Positions 49,470 through 61,216 are shown, counted from the first letter of the stretch. The stretch: 64,000 nt of DNA from Spirochaetia bacterium (GCA_965208575.1 CBDBOV010000006.1:1536001-1600000); one strand, 5' to 3'. Notes: generated by a model from the letters alone, not told the origin. Numbers and translations are program-made.

Positions 49470-50090
49470 ATGGCCTACCGGCGCCGCCAGTTGCTCTCCT
49501 ACCGCTACTACAACGCCACCGTGGCGCTGATCATCGCCAACGTGGCGGTGTTCCTGCTGCAGTTCGCCAGCCGCGGCCTGGTGCGCGAGTTGGCCCTTAT
49601 TCCCCCGGAGGTGGTCAGCGGGCGCTGGTGGACGCTGGTCACCTACATGTTCGTCCACTCCACCGGCTCGCTGTACCACATCATCTTCAACATGCTCGGG
49701 CTGATGTGGTTCGGCATGCCGGTCGAGCGCGAGATCGGCAGCGACGAGTTCCTGGCCCTGTACCTGAGCACCGGCGTGGCGGCCGGGCTGTTCGCGATGG
49801 TGCTGTCGATCCAGGTGCCGGTGGCGATCATCGGCGCATCCGGAGCGCTGTTCGCGGTCATGCTCACCTTCGCCACCCTGTTTCCGGAAGCGGTGATCTA
49901 CGCCTGGTTCGTACCGCTGCGGGCGCCGGTGGCGGTGCTGATCTTTGCCGGCATCGCGGTGATCGGCACCATGACCGGCTTCGCGCCCGGTGTCTCCCAC
50001 CTGACCCACCTCGGGGGCCTGGTGGCCGGCTTCCTGTACGTCTGGCTGCGCATCGGACGCAACCCGCTGGACGCGTTCTTCCGGCGTTGA
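49470..50090 (+). CDS. Rhomboid intramembrane serine protease
   Basis: 'WTLVTYMFVH', 'HIIFNM', GASG, 'HLGG'. Confidence 0.93.
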   Translation: MAYRRRQLLSYRYYNATVALIIANVAVFLLQFASRGLVRELALIPPEVVSGRWWTLVTYMFVHSTGSLYHIIFNMLGLMWFGMPVEREIGSDEFLALYLSTGVAAGLFAMVLSIQVPVAIIGASGALFAVMLTFATLFPEAVIYAWFVPLRAPVAVLIFAGIAVIGTMTGFAPGVSHLTHLGGLVAGFLYVWLRIGRNPLDAFFRR

Positions 50091-51703
50091 TGGGCTATCT
50101 GCGCGCCACCGCGGCACTCTGCGCGCTGTTCCTGCTCGGCGTGCTCGCACCCGCGCCGACGGCGGCGCAGAGCGACGGCCCGCGCGAGCGCTCGCTGGTG
50201 GTGGCCTACCCGCCGCAGCAGTTCTCGCTCGATCCGCTGCACACCTTCTCCACCACCGAGGCGCAACTGTTCACCGCGGTGTACGAGGGCCTGGTGGCGT
50301 ACGATCCGATCACCCTCAACCCGGTGGCCGGGCAGGCGGAGCGCTGGGAGATTTCCCGCGACCGCCGCATCTACACGTTCTACCTGAGGCCGGGCGCGCG
50401 CTTCTCGAACGGCGACCAACTGCGCGCGGAGGACTTCCGCCAGTCGTGGCTGCGCATCCTCGACCCCGGCGCCGCCGCCGAGTACTCGTTCCTGTTCGAC
50501 GTGATCGAGGGCGTCGCCGAGTATCGCTCCGGCGAGCTTTCCGACCCGAATCAGGTGGGCATCCGTACGCTCGGCGACAAGGTGCTGGAGGTGGAGCTGG
50601 CCGAGCCGGCGGACCACTTTCTGAAGGTGCTTGCGCATCACAGCTTCTCCGCCATCCATCCCGGCTACATCGGCGCGCTCAATTGGGACCGCGCCGGCCA
50701 GATGATCGGCAACGGGCCGTTCCGGGTCACGTCGTGGACCGACCGGGAACTGCGCCTGGAGCGCAACGAGTACTATTGGGGCCGATCCCAGGTGGAGCTG
50801 GACCGGGTAGTCGTGCGCTTCTACGAAGATCCGCAGGAGATCACCCGGCGGTTCCTCGCCGGCGAGATTCACTGGGCGAACAACTGGGCCAACACGGCCG
50901 AACTGCGGCCCTACCTGGTTGCCAACCCGCTGTTCGCCACCACCTACTTCTACTTCCGCAGCGATCGCGAGCCGTTCGACGACGAGCGGGTGCGCAGCGG
51001 CCTGGCGCTGCTGCTGCCCTGGCACCAGATTCGCAGCCCGGAGGCGGCTTACTTTCCGAGCGACACGCTGGTGCCCGACATCGCCGACTACCCGGAAGTA
51101 GTCGGGATCCGCGAACAGGACATCCGCCGCGGCCTGCAACTGCTGAGCAAGGCCGGCTACGGCGGCGGCCGCGGGTTGCCGACGATCAACATCAAGGTCG
51201 CGGCCGGCAGCGTTGCGGTGCGCGTGGCACAGATCATGCAAGAGGCGTGGGAGGGCCAGCTCGGTGTCGAGGTGGCGGTGCAGGAGTTCCCCTACCGCGA
51301 CCTGATCGAGGAGGTCCGGGCCGGCGACTTTACCCTCGCGCACCAGACCTGGGTGGGCGACTTTGCCGATCCGCTCACCTTCCTGCAGATGTGGATGCGT
51401 TCGAGCAACCTCAACGACGCGGGCTACTTCAACCGCCAGTACGACCGCGCGGTGACGCGCGCGCTGCGCACCGCCGGCGGCGAACGCATGCCGGCGCTGG
51501 CGAGCGCGGAGGAGATGCTGCTCGAGGAGGCGGTGATCCTGCCGATCAGCCACATGGTGGCGTTCAACCTGGTGAGCCGGGGCAGGCTGGACGGGTGGTA
51601 TCCGAACGCGCTCGACATCCACCCGTTCCGCTTCATCCGCTTCAAGAGGCTGGAGGGCCCGCGCGGCGTGGCCGGCGCACCGCCTCCCGCGCCCACCGGC
51701 TAG
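50090..51703 (+). CDS. Peptide ABC transporter substrate-binding protein (OppA-like)
   Basis: Signal peptide, 'YEGLV', 'YTFYLR...FSNG', 'GNGPF', 'WVGDFADP'. Confidence 0.9.
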   Translation: MGYLRATAALCALFLLGVLAPAPTAAQSDGPRERSLVVAYPPQQFSLDPLHTFSTTEAQLFTAVYEGLVAYDPITLNPVAGQAERWEISRDRRIYTFYLRPGARFSNGDQLRAEDFRQSWLRILDPGAAAEYSFLFDVIEGVAEYRSGELSDPNQVGIRTLGDKVLEVELAEPADHFLKVLAHHSFSAIHPGYIGALNWDRAGQMIGNGPFRVTSWTDRELRLERNEYYWGRSQVELDRVVVRFYEDPQEITRRFLAGEIHWANNWANTAELRPYLVANPLFATTYFYFRSDREPFDDERVRSGLALLLPWHQIRSPEAAYFPSDTLVPDIADYPEVVGIREQDIRRGLQLLSKAGYGGGRGLPTINIKVAAGSVAVRVAQIMQEAWEGQLGVEVAVQEFPYRDLIEEVRAGDFTLAHQTWVGDFADPLTFLQMWMRSSNLNDAGYFNRQYDRAVTRALRTAGGERMPALASAEEMLLEEAVILPISHMVAFNLVSRGRLDGWYPNALDIHPFRFIRFKRLEGPRGVAGAPPPAPTG

Positions 51704-51721
51704 CGCCGCGCCGCCCTTGCC

Positions 51722-52516
51722 CTATCCGCCTTCGCTGCCGGCGGGCTGCCCCGGTACCGGGTTCGCCGCACGCCGCGCGGAGCGTCCCGGCGCATTTGCG
51801 AACCGCTCCAGGAAGGCAAGCAGGCGCGCCCGGAACAGCACGCCGGTCCCGAACAACACCAGTGCGATCGCCATTACGATGCCGGCGAACAGCCAGCGCT
51901 GCTCGGCCGCCGCGTCGCCCATCACCACGCTGCCCACCACGCCCGGCAAGCGGCCCACGGTGGCGATCACCAGGAACAGGCTCAGACGCATCCGCGACAG
52001 GCCGGCCACGTAGCACAGCACGTCCTTGGGTATGCCGGGGATGAGGAAGAACAAAAAGAAGGTGATGGTCGCACGCGGCGACGACGCCATTTGCTGCAGC
52101 CGCTCGAGCTGTTCGCCGCGCAGGATGGCGCGCAGGAATTCGATGCCCAGGAGCCGGGACGCCAGGAATGCGACCGCGGAGCCGATTGCGCTGCCGGCCA
52201 CGGTGAGCGCCAGGCCGCCCGCGATCCCGAACAGGTAGCCGCCGGCGATCTGCGGCACCTCGCCGGGGATGACGAACACGATGATCTGCAGCGCCTGCAC
52301 GGCGACGAACGCGAGCGGCGCGACGGCACCGAAGCCGCCCACCCATTCGCGCAACTCCTCGGGGCGGGTGGCGATGGTCCAGATTTGTTCCCGGAACAGC
52401 AGGATGATCGCAAGCATGGCCGCGAACAGCAGGGGATAGGCGGCCAGGGCAATCAGGCGGTGGGCAGAGGGGGCAGAGGGGGCAGAGCGCGCTCGGCGTG
52501 GACGTTTGGCGGGCAT
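51722..52516 (-). CDS. TVP38/TMEM64 (DedA-like) membrane protein
   Basis: 'LQIIVFVIPGE...GGYLFG' and 'FLIPGIPKDVLCYVAG'. Confidence 0.88.
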   Translation of the reverse strand: MPAKRPRRARSAPSAPSAHRLIALAAYPLLFAAMLAIILLFREQIWTIATRPEELREWVGGFGAVAPLAFVAVQALQIIVFVIPGEVPQIAGGYLFGIAGGLALTVAGSAIGSAVAFLASRLLGIEFLRAILRGEQLERLQQMASSPRATITFFLFFLIPGIPKDVLCYVAGLSRMRLSLFLVIATVGRLPGVVGSVVMGDAAAEQRWLFAGIVMAIALVLFGTGVLFRARLLAFLERFANAPGRSARRAANPVPGQPAGSEGG

Positions 52517-52642
52517 CGGTTGCGTTTCAGTATAAACGCTTGCGGTCGATTCGTTTGCAACCTGGTAACGGTGTCGTTATATTCCCCCGTGATGTTGACG
52601 TTGTGTGCCCGAGCCCGCTTCGGGCCAGGCAGTTCGCCGGGC

Positions 52643-53785
52643 ATGACGGCGAACCGTACCGGCACCCCAACGCCCGAGATCAGGCATCTCTCCGAGATCA
52701 GGCATCTCCACTTGGCTACCGGATCGACCGCAATTTCCCCGCCAGCGTGGCAGGTGCGTGCCGCCGCGGCTGCCACGCCGAAGCCCGCGGCCGACGTCGC
52801 CGCCGCAAGCGAGGCTGCGCCGTCCGCCGTCCCGGAGAAGCAGCCTGCCGGCACGCGCTCGAAGTCGCACTCCTCCGGCACGGCCAAGCCCGCGAAGACT
52901 GCCAAGAGCGCCGCCGCCGCCCAGACCGCCGCCGCCGCCAAGAACGCCGGTGCGGCCAAGCCGGACGGCGCCGCGAAGTCCACGAAGCCCGCCAACAGCG
53001 CCGGTGCGGCCAAGTCCGCGAAGGCCAAGGCGACCAAGCCCCCCGCCGCCGCCAAGAGCACGGGCAAGGCGAACGGCGAGGCCGCGGCGAGCGGTACGGG
53101 CACGGCCAAGGCCAACGGCGCCGCGGCCAAGACGACCAGGACTGCCAGGGCCACCAAGGCCACCAAGGCCACCAGGACCACCAGGACCACCAGGGCCACC
53201 AAGGCTGCCAAGGCCGCTGCCAACGGATCCGCCGCCAAGACGGCGGCCAAGCCGCGGAGCCGCAAGGGGGCCACGGCGCGCCGCCCGCGCCTGCAATACA
53301 AGGTCGGCCAGCAGCTCGTCTATCCGCTGCAGGGCGTGGGCCAGGTGACCACCATCGAGGAGCGCCCCTTCCGCGACGACACGCTGCTCTACTACGTGGT
53401 CTACCTTGAAGTTTCCGACATGACCATCATGGTGCCGGTCGAGAAGGCGGACGAACTCGGCATCCGCGCCATCGTGCCGCGCCCGGAGGCCAACGGGGCC
53501 CTGCGCCTGATCGGCGAGGACTACGAGCCGATTCCGACCGACTGGAAGCTGCGCTACCAGATGAACCTCGACCTGCTCAAGGCGGGATCGGTACGCGACA
53601 TCGCCACCGTGGTGCGCGCCCTCTACCATCGCAGCCGGATCAAGGAACTGCCGATCCTGGAGCGCAAGCTGTACGACAACGCACGCTCGCTGCTGGTGGA
53701 CGAGCTCTCGTTTTCGCTCGGCAAGGACAAGGACACCATCCAGGAGATGATCAACACTCGCCTGGAAGCCGGCGTGAAGCCGTAG
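52643..53785 (+). CDS. carD: CarD-family regulator with a long Lys/Ala-rich N-terminal extension
   Basis: CarD domain from ~53291 ('YKVGQQLVYPLQGVG', 'IMVPV', 'WKLRY', 'ERKLY'); start codon uncertain. Confidence 0.8.
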   Translation: MTANRTGTPTPEIRHLSEIRHLHLATGSTAISPPAWQVRAAAAATPKPAADVAAASEAAPSAVPEKQPAGTRSKSHSSGTAKPAKTAKSAAAAQTAAAAKNAGAAKPDGAAKSTKPANSAGAAKSAKAKATKPPAAAKSTGKANGEAAASGTGTAKANGAAAKTTRTARATKATKATRTTRTTRATKAAKAAANGSAAKTAAKPRSRKGATARRPRLQYKVGQQLVYPLQGVGQVTTIEERPFRDDTLLYYVVYLEVSDMTIMVPVEKADELGIRAIVPRPEANGALRLIGEDYEPIPTDWKLRYQMNLDLLKAGSVRDIATVVRALYHRSRIKELPILERKLYDNARSLLVDELSFSLGKDKDTIQEMINTRLEAGVKP

Positions 53786-53819
53786 CGGGCAGCGCTCGCA
53801 CCGAGCACGGTCGCGGTCG

Positions 53820-54506
53820 ATGAACCGGGTGACCTCGGCAGGCCCGCCGCGGCGTCCCCGCCGACCCTGGAAAAGGACGCTGGACCGCATGGCGGAGCGC
53901 GTCGGACGCGCCCTGCCGGCGGTATCGGAACTGGCCGAGCAACGGCGCGATCCGTTCGTCGTGCTGGTGTCGACCATCATCTCGCTGCGCACCAAGGACG
54001 AGGTTACCGGACCGGCGTCGCGCCGCCTGCTGGCGCGCGCCCCCGCGCCCCGCGAGCTGGCCGCGCTGCCGGAGGAGGAGATCGCTTCGCTGATCTACCC
54101 GGCCGGTTTCTACAATACGAAGGCGCGCCAACTGCGCGAGGTCGCCGCGATCCTGGTGCGCGACCACGATGCCGCGGTGCCCGACGCGCTGCCCGCGCTG
54201 CTGCGCCTGCCCGGCGTCGGGCGCAAGACCGCCAACCTGGTGCTGGGGCTGTCGTTCGGCATCGCGGCGATCTGCGTGGACACCCACGTGCATCGCATCT
54301 GCAACCGCCTCGGCTGGGTCGCCACGCGCGCGCCGGACGCCACCGAACTGGCGCTGGCGGGCGTGCTGCCGAAACGCTACTGGATTCCGATCAACGCAAT
54401 CATGGTGAGCTTCGGCCAGCAGGTGTGCACCCCGCAGAGCCCACGCTGCTCGCTGTGCCCGGTACGCGGCGGGTGCGAGCGCCGCGGCGTGACCCGGCAC
54501 CGCTGA
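53820..54506 (+). CDS. nth: Endonuclease III
   Basis: HhH 'LPGVGRKTAN', 'VDTHVHR', Fe-S motif C-x6-C-x2-C-x5-C. Confidence 0.93.
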   Translation: MNRVTSAGPPRRPRRPWKRTLDRMAERVGRALPAVSELAEQRRDPFVVLVSTIISLRTKDEVTGPASRRLLARAPAPRELAALPEEEIASLIYPAGFYNTKARQLREVAAILVRDHDAAVPDALPALLRLPGVGRKTANLVLGLSFGIAAICVDTHVHRICNRLGWVATRAPDATELALAGVLPKRYWIPINAIMVSFGQQVCTPQSPRCSLCPVRGGCERRGVTRHR

Positions 54507-54579
54507 GCCCGCGCCGCCCCCGGTGCTAGCGCCCCAAAACCGCCGCCTGCCGGCGCCGTTTTTGGCCCATCCCGTCCCT

Positions 54580-54620
54580 TCGCCTAGGAGGCTGTCGCGA
54601 TCCGACAACCTCCTAGGCGA
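54580..54620. terminator. 18-bp stem-loop between the convergent nth and MFS genes
   Basis: tcgcctaggaggctgtcg-cgatc-cgacaacctcctaggcga with one mismatch; no U tract. Confidence 0.5.
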
Positions 54621-55848
54621 GGCGGCGAATTCGCGGCAGGCCGACGCCCGCGGCTGCGCTGGAGGCCAGCAGGATCGCGCCGCTGATGAACAGCGCCGAC
54701 GGCGCGCCGATGGCGCTGGCCAGGGCGCCGATGCCCAGTTGCCCCACCGGGGCCACGCCGATGCTCAGCGTCCAGGCGCCCATCGCGCGCCCGCGTTCCT
54801 CGTTGGCGACGTTGTCCTGCATCAGGGTCATGCTCAGCGCATCCACCGCCATCGCGCACGCGGTGGCCGCGGTGAGCACCGCCACCGCCCATACGACGTT
54901 GGCCGACACGATCAGCGCCATCAGGCTGGCGCCGAAACCGATCATCACGGCGAACAACAGCCTGCCCTTGTGGCGAAAGTCGCCAAGCGCCGCCAGCACC
55001 AGGAGCGCGGCGATGCCTCCCGCCTGCCGCACCGCGCTCATTACGCCCAGCCCGACCGCGCCGAGCCCGAGCACGTCCTTGGCAATCACCGGCAGCAGGC
55101 TCATGTGCGTGAAGCCGAACAGCTCGGTGAGCGCCATCAGCGCCATCAGGGTGACCAGCGTGCGGCTGCGCCGCATGATCGCCAGGTAACCGCGCAGCAC
55201 GCGCAGAATCGACGGCGGCGGGGTGTCCAAGGCGGTGGCGGGCCGGCTCCTGATCAGCGCCAGCACCGCCACGGACGCGAGGTACAGCAGACAGATCACC
55301 AGGAACTGCCCGCCGGCCCCGGCCGCGGCAATGATGAATCCCGACAGCAGCGACCCGACGGCCAGGCCGATCTGAAAGCTGACCGAATTGAGCGACATGC
55401 CGTTGAGCGCCAGCGCCGGCCCGACCAGGTCGTAGGTCAGCGCCTGGCGGGTGGTGGTCTGGAACGCGGTTACCCCGCCGGCAAGCGCGGTGAGCGCGAG
55501 GATCGCCCCCAGCGGCGCCGCCCCGGCCAGCAGCACTGCCGCCATCGCGCCGGTTACCAGCACCGCCGCGCCGGTAATCGCCAGCAGCAGGCGGACGCGG
55601 TTCATGCGGTCCGCCACCGCTCCGGAAACCGGCCCGAGAAAGAAGAACGGCGCCATCGACATGGCGGAGGAGACCGCGGTCCAGAACGGCGAGCCGGTGA
55701 TTTCGAACACCAGCCAGCCGGTGACCACCATCTGCATCCCGAGCGACGCGGACTGCAGCAACAGGCCGATCCACAGCAACCGGAAGGAAGGGACGGCGAA
55801 CGAGCGGGCCCACCGGGGGTAGCGCCGCGCACCCGGGCTGCGGCGCAT
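54613..55848 (-). CDS. MFS transporter
   Basis: About 12 transmembrane segments; 'GAVADRMNRVRLL' and 'RGRAMG'. Confidence 0.9.
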   Translation of the reverse strand: MRRSPGARRYPRWARSFAVPSFRLLWIGLLLQSASLGMQMVVTGWLVFEITGSPFWTAVSSAMSMAPFFFLGPVSGAVADRMNRVRLLLAITGAAVLVTGAMAAVLLAGAAPLGAILALTALAGGVTAFQTTTRQALTYDLVGPALALNGMSLNSVSFQIGLAVGSLLSGFIIAAAGAGGQFLVICLLYLASVAVLALIRSRPATALDTPPPSILRVLRGYLAIMRRSRTLVTLMALMALTELFGFTHMSLLPVIAKDVLGLGAVGLGVMSAVRQAGGIAALLVLAALGDFRHKGRLLFAVMIGFGASLMALIVSANVVWAVAVLTAATACAMAVDALSMTLMQDNVANEERGRAMGAWTLSIGVAPVGQLGIGALASAIGAPSALFISGAILLASSAAAGVGLPRIRRLA

Positions 55849-55852
55849 GCGG

Positions 55853-56425
55853 TCAGTCCTGTTGCAGTTCGTTGATGCGGTCGCGGATCTTGGCCGCCTG
55901 CTCGTAGTCCTCGTCCTGTACGGCGGCGTCGAGTTCCTTTTGCAGGTCGGCGAGCAGGGAGTTCTCCTGCGACTTGCCCGGCCGCTTGCGCTGCCGCGCG
56001 CGGTCGCCGTCGTCGACGCCGGATACCGAGCTTGCCGGCATGCCGGCGTGAGAAACCACTTCTTCGTCGATGAAGATCGGGCACTTCACGCGCACCGCGA
56101 GCGCCACGCAGTCGGACGGACGGGCGTCGATCACCATCTCCTCGTCCTCCTGGAGCAGGATGAGGCGGGCGTAGAAGATGCTGTCGTTGATGGCGGTAAT
56201 CTCGATGCGGTTGATCTCCGCGTCGAGCCGACCGAGCACCGACACGAACAGGTCGTGGGTGAGCGGGCGGGCGGCGTTGACGTCGCCGAGCCCCATCACG
56301 ATGGAGTGCGCGATGCTGGGATCGACGAAGATGGGCACTACCGAGTCGCTGCCGGTGGGGCGGATCAACACCGCGTTGCCGTCCTGAGCCTTGACCACGG
56401 TCCAGATGTCTGCGGGTACTAGCAT
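55853..56425 (-). CDS. Bifunctional nuclease (DUF151) with C-terminal UVR motif
   Basis: 'RPLTHDL', 'IDARPSDCVALA', 'EDYEQAAKIRD'. Confidence 0.9.
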   Translation of the reverse strand: MLVPADIWTVVKAQDGNAVLIRPTGSDSVVPIFVDPSIAHSIVMGLGDVNAARPLTHDLFVSVLGRLDAEINRIEITAINDSIFYARLILLQEDEEMVIDARPSDCVALAVRVKCPIFIDEEVVSHAGMPASSVSGVDDGDRARQRKRPGKSQENSLLADLQKELDAAVQDEDYEQAAKIRDRINELQQD

Positions 56426-56453
56426 GCTGCGTGCGGCATCCGTCTCCCCGCCA

Positions 56454-57701
<1,248 letters not shown>

Positions 57702-57770
57702 TTGGTCAGCCCCCACCCATCGTCACGGAGCAACCCCCGGGACCAGGACCACAGGATTTGTCCAACCGAC

Positions 57771-57809
57771 TTTGCTGGTCTTCGCCACCTGGTCAGCCCC
57801 TACTCATCG
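57771..57809 (-). repeat. Upstream duplicate of the clpX RBS and first codons
   Basis: tttgctggtcttcgccacctggtcagcccctactcatcg versus tttgctggtcttcgccacttggtcagcccccacccatcg at 57684-57722. Confidence 0.85.
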
Positions 57810-57874
57810 CCGGCAAGCGATGCCCCGGCCGGCAAGGGGATGCCACTGCATCGGTCCTCGTCGAGATTTCCGTG

Positions 57875-58501
57875 TCACGGAGTGTCCGTGCCGCCGCCAT
57901 CGCTTTCGTCGCGCTTCATCACCCGGTCGATCAGGCCGTACGCCTGCGCCTCGTCGGAAGACATATAGTAGTCGCGTTCGAGGTCCGACGCAATCACCTC
58001 GTCCTCCTTCTGCGCGTGAATGGCAAAGTAGTGGATGATCATCCTCTTGAGCCGGATCAACTCGCGCGCCTGGATGCTGATGTCCGCCGCCTGACCCTGC
58101 ACGCCGCCCCACGGCTGGTGAATGAGCATGCGCGCGGAGGGCAGCGCGAACCGCTTGCCGTGGGTGCCGGCGGCGAGCAGCAGGGCGCCCATCGACGCGG
58201 CCTGCCCGAGGCAGACGGTCTGAATGTCGGGCCGGACGTACTGCATGGTGTCGTAGATGGCGAGGCCGGCGGTGACCGAGCCGCCGGGCGAATTGATGTA
58301 GAGCTGGATGTCGCGGTCCGGATCCTGCGACTGCAGGAACAGGAGCTGGGCTACGACCAGGTCGGCGGTGACGTCGAAGATCTCACCGTCGATGAAGATG
58401 ATGCGGTCCTTGAGCAGCCGCGAGTAGATGTCGTAGGAACGCTCCCCCCGGCCGGTCTGTTCGATGACGATGGGTACCAGACTGTTTAGCTGTGCGTCCA
58501 T
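57875..58501 (-). CDS. clpP: Clp protease proteolytic subunit
   Basis: '[10 protein letters not shown]', 'INSPGG', 'AASMG', 'IHQP', 'ERDYYM'. Confidence 0.97.
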   Translation of the reverse strand: MDAQLNSLVPIVIEQTGRGERSYDIYSRLLKDRIIFIDGEIFDVTADLVVAQLLFLQSQDPDRDIQLYINSPGGSVTAGLAIYDTMQYVRPDIQTVCLGQAASMGALLLAAGTHGKRFALPSARMLIHQPWGGVQGQAADISIQARELIRLKRMIIHYFAIHAQKEDEVIASDLERDYYMSSDEAQAYGLIDRVMKRDESDGGGTDTP

Positions 58502-58553
58502 GATGCGTGTAGAGCCGGCCCCTGCCCGTGGGGCACGGGGAGACTGCGCTAAT

Positions 58554-59933
58554 TTACTGGTTCGCCTGCACCGAGTCCATATAGCCGGTGTAGCTCGTGC
58601 GCGCACCCGCCGTGATGTCGCAGACCGCGATCAGGCGGTCGAACAATCGCTCGTCGCGCAATTCGCGGCGCAGGTAGTCGAGCATGTTCCGGCTCTCGTA
58701 GCGCGTGCGCAGTTCGGCCGCATCCTCGCCGCGCTGCTCCGCCATCTCGCTCAGGCGGGCATCGAGATCGTCGTCGCCGATCGCGATCATCTCCCGGTCG
58801 GCGAGCGCCTCCTGGACCAGCGAGCGGCGCACCCGGCGCTCCACCGTCGGGCGCAGATCCTCGATCGCCTCGTCGACGCTGCCGCCGCCGGCTTCGATCG
58901 CCGCGGCAAGCTGCTCCGGCGTCTGCCCGCTGCGCGCCGCGTAGCCGCTCCACGCGCTCTGCAAGTCGACCGCCACCATCGACTTGGGCAGCGGGATCTC
59001 GGACGATTCCACCACCCGGTCCATGATCTGCTCGATCAGCCGGGTGCGGATGTGTGCGTCGGCGTTCGACCGCAGCCGCTCGCGCAGGTCGTTCTTCAGG
59101 TCGTCGAGGGTTTCGAAGCGTTCGCTGACGTCCTGGGCGAGTTCATCGTCGAGGTCGGGGAGCTGTTTCTCCTTCACCGAGGTCACGGTGACCCTGAGGG
59201 TGACCGTGCGGCCCGCCAGTTCGCGGTGTTCCCAGTCGTCCGGGAACGACTTGCTGAACTCCTTGTCGGCACCGCGCTGCATGCCGATCAGCTCGTCGTC
59301 CATGTGGTACAGGTTGTAGTGGGTGCCCACCTCGAACACGAAGTCGCGGCGCTCGGTGGTGGAGTTCGGGGCTCCCGCATCGTCGAGCTCCACGTAGTTG
59401 ACCGTGACCACGTCGCCTTGCTCGACCGCCACCGGTGCGTCGCCCTGGGCCTTCTTGTCGATCACCACGGCGTTCTGTTCGCGCAGGTTGCCGAGCTCGC
59501 GCTCCACGTCGGCATCTTCGACGGCCACCTCCGGCTTCTCCAGCTTCAGGCCGTGGTAGTCGCCGAGCTTGACGTCGGGCCAGGTGTCGTAGACCACGGT
59601 GAAGGTGAAATCTTCGCCGAGCACGATCTGCCGCCCGGAGTCGGCGCGCGGCGGCAGGTAGGGCAGCGGCTTCTGCTCCACGCTCTCGATCACTTCGCTG
59701 ACGGTCTCGTTGATCACCTGCTCGGTGACTTGGCGGGCGAGGGCGTCGCCGAACTTGCGCACCAGCACGTCGCGCGGCACCTTGCCGCGCCGGAAGCCGC
59801 GGATCTGGGCGCCGCGGCGCAGTTCGCGGAGCGACTTGTCGTAGCACTCCTGGACGCTGCTGCCTGCCACGGTGAGGGTAAGCCGCACCTCGCTGTCGTC
59901 AGAGACGGATAGTTCCTGGTTGGTAACGGTCAC
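58554..59933 (-). CDS. tig: Trigger factor
   Basis: 'GFRRGKVP' ribosome-binding motif, FKBP-like middle region, tig-clpP-clpX gene order. Confidence 0.93.
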   Translation of the reverse strand: MTVTNQELSVSDDSEVRLTLTVAGSSVQECYDKSLRELRRGAQIRGFRRGKVPRDVLVRKFGDALARQVTEQVINETVSEVIESVEQKPLPYLPPRADSGRQIVLGEDFTFTVVYDTWPDVKLGDYHGLKLEKPEVAVEDADVERELGNLREQNAVVIDKKAQGDAPVAVEQGDVVTVNYVELDDAGAPNSTTERRDFVFEVGTHYNLYHMDDELIGMQRGADKEFSKSFPDDWEHRELAGRTVTLRVTVTSVKEKQLPDLDDELAQDVSERFETLDDLKNDLRERLRSNADAHIRTRLIEQIMDRVVESSEIPLPKSMVAVDLQSAWSGYAARSGQTPEQLAAAIEAGGGSVDEAIEDLRPTVERRVRRSLVQEALADREMIAIGDDDLDARLSEMAEQRGEDAAELRTRYESRNMLDYLRRELRDERLFDRLIAVCDITAGARTSYTGYMDSVQANQ

Positions 59934-59975
59934 TCGATTGCCTTGTGTTTGTTCGAGCCATTCGAACGATGTTCG

Positions 59976-60047
59976 AGCGGGAAACGGGATTCGAACCCGC
60001 GACTTCCACCTTGGCAAGGTGGAGCTCTACCACTGAGCTATTCCCGC
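59976..60047 (-). tRNA. tRNA-Gly (GCC)
   Basis: GCGGGAATAGCTCAGTGGTAGAGC...TTGCCAA...GTTCGAATCCC; CCA not encoded. Confidence 0.95.
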
Positions 60048-60051
60048 TTGT

Positions 60052-60133
60052 TGCGAGAGAAGGGACTCGAACCCTTACGCCTCGCGGCACCAGATCCTAA
60101 ATCTGGCGTGTATACCAGTTTCACCACTCTCGC
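60052..60133 (-). tRNA. tRNA-Leu (TAG)
   Basis: GCGAGAGTGGTGAAACTGG...TTTAGGA loop, long variable arm, GTTCGAGTCCC. Confidence 0.95.
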
Positions 60134-60174
60134 CATTGCCGAGGCACGCGCCCCCGGAACCTCGGCTGCCATGC

Positions 60175-60247
60175 TGAGCCGTGAAGGGATCGAACCTTCG
60201 ACCCGCAGATTAAGAGTCTGCTGCTCTACCAGCTGAGCTAACGGCCC
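60175..60247 (-). tRNA. tRNA-Lys (CTT)
   Basis: GGGCCGTTAGCTCAGCTGG...CTCTTAA...GGTTCGATCC. Confidence 0.95.
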
Positions 60248-60367
60248 TCGATGTCGCAACGGACGCTGCCTCTTCTTGTGCTCCTCCTCGTGTGCCCTGC
60301 TCATCCGTGTGCCCCCTCCCCGGGTACCCTTGGGCGCCGGAGAGGCGGTTCCGCACGATTGCTCGCT

Positions 60368-60442
<75 letters not shown>

Positions 60443-60550
60443 CACTGTTGCGCGTAGCGGATCCGGTAACGTACCTGGTGGCCTGCGCAACCCGCCATCC
60501 GCTGGCGCCCGGCTGCCGCCGGACGCCCGCCCAGGTACCACCAGAGGGTG

Positions 60551-60624
60551 GGTGGGTGATGGGGCTTGAACCCACAACTTCCAGATCCACAGTCTGGTGC
60601 TCTACCTATTGAACTACACCCACC
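60551..60624 (-). tRNA. tRNA-His (GTG)
   Basis: G-1 plus GTGGGTGTAGTTCAAT...CTGTGGA...GGTTCAAGCC. Confidence 0.93.
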
Positions 60625-60766
60625 GAGTGGCGCAACCCGTCCGCCCTCGCGCACGCTGCAACGCAGACAACAGGGTAATCAGCGGTCTGGCCGGCTGTCA
60701 ACCGGAATCTGGCCGGCTTGGTCGGCTGCGGCGCGCAACGGCTGCCGCGCCGGTTTCGCGGACGGG

Positions 60767-61180
60767 TCAGCGGCGCTCCAGGTCGAGCGCGGCCGAGTTG
60801 ATGCAGAAGCGCTTGCCGTCGGGACCGGGGCCGTCGTCGAACACGTGCCCGAGGTGGGCCTCGCAGCGGCTGCACAGCACCTCGGTGCGGCGCATGAAGA
60901 AGCTGTTGTCGGACTCGGTGTGCACGCAACCCGCGGCAACGGGCGCGGTGAAGCTCGGCCAGCCGGTGCCGGAGTCGAACTTGTCGGCGGCGTCGAACAG
61001 CTTGCTGCCGCACGCCACGCAGCGATAGGTACCGTCGTCCTTGGTGTTCCAGTAGGTGCCGGTGAACGGTGGCTCGGTACCCTTCTTGCGGGTAATGTGA
61101 TACTGCTCGGGCGTGAGCTGACGGCGCCACTCGGCGTCGCTCTTGCGCACCTCCGGTTCGACCTTGCCTTGCTTGCTCAC
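60767..61180 (-). CDS. msrB: Peptide-methionine (R)-S-oxide reductase
   Basis: 'GTEPPF', 'SGTGWPSF', 'HLGHVF.DGP', 'RFCINS' and two CxxC motifs. Confidence 0.96.
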   Translation of the reverse strand: MSKQGKVEPEVRKSDAEWRRQLTPEQYHITRKKGTEPPFTGTYWNTKDDGTYRCVACGSKLFDAADKFDSGTGWPSFTAPVAAGCVHTESDNSFFMRRTEVLCSRCEAHLGHVFDDGPGPDGKRFCINSAALDLERR

Positions 61181-61216
61181 CAGTGTCCTCCTCCACGAAC
61201 CTTCCAGGACACGGTA

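Noticed and set aside
52676-52710. Tandem GAGATCAGGCATCTC repeat near the carD start
   Set aside because: Only two copies; it could be a simple slippage duplication and no function can be supported.
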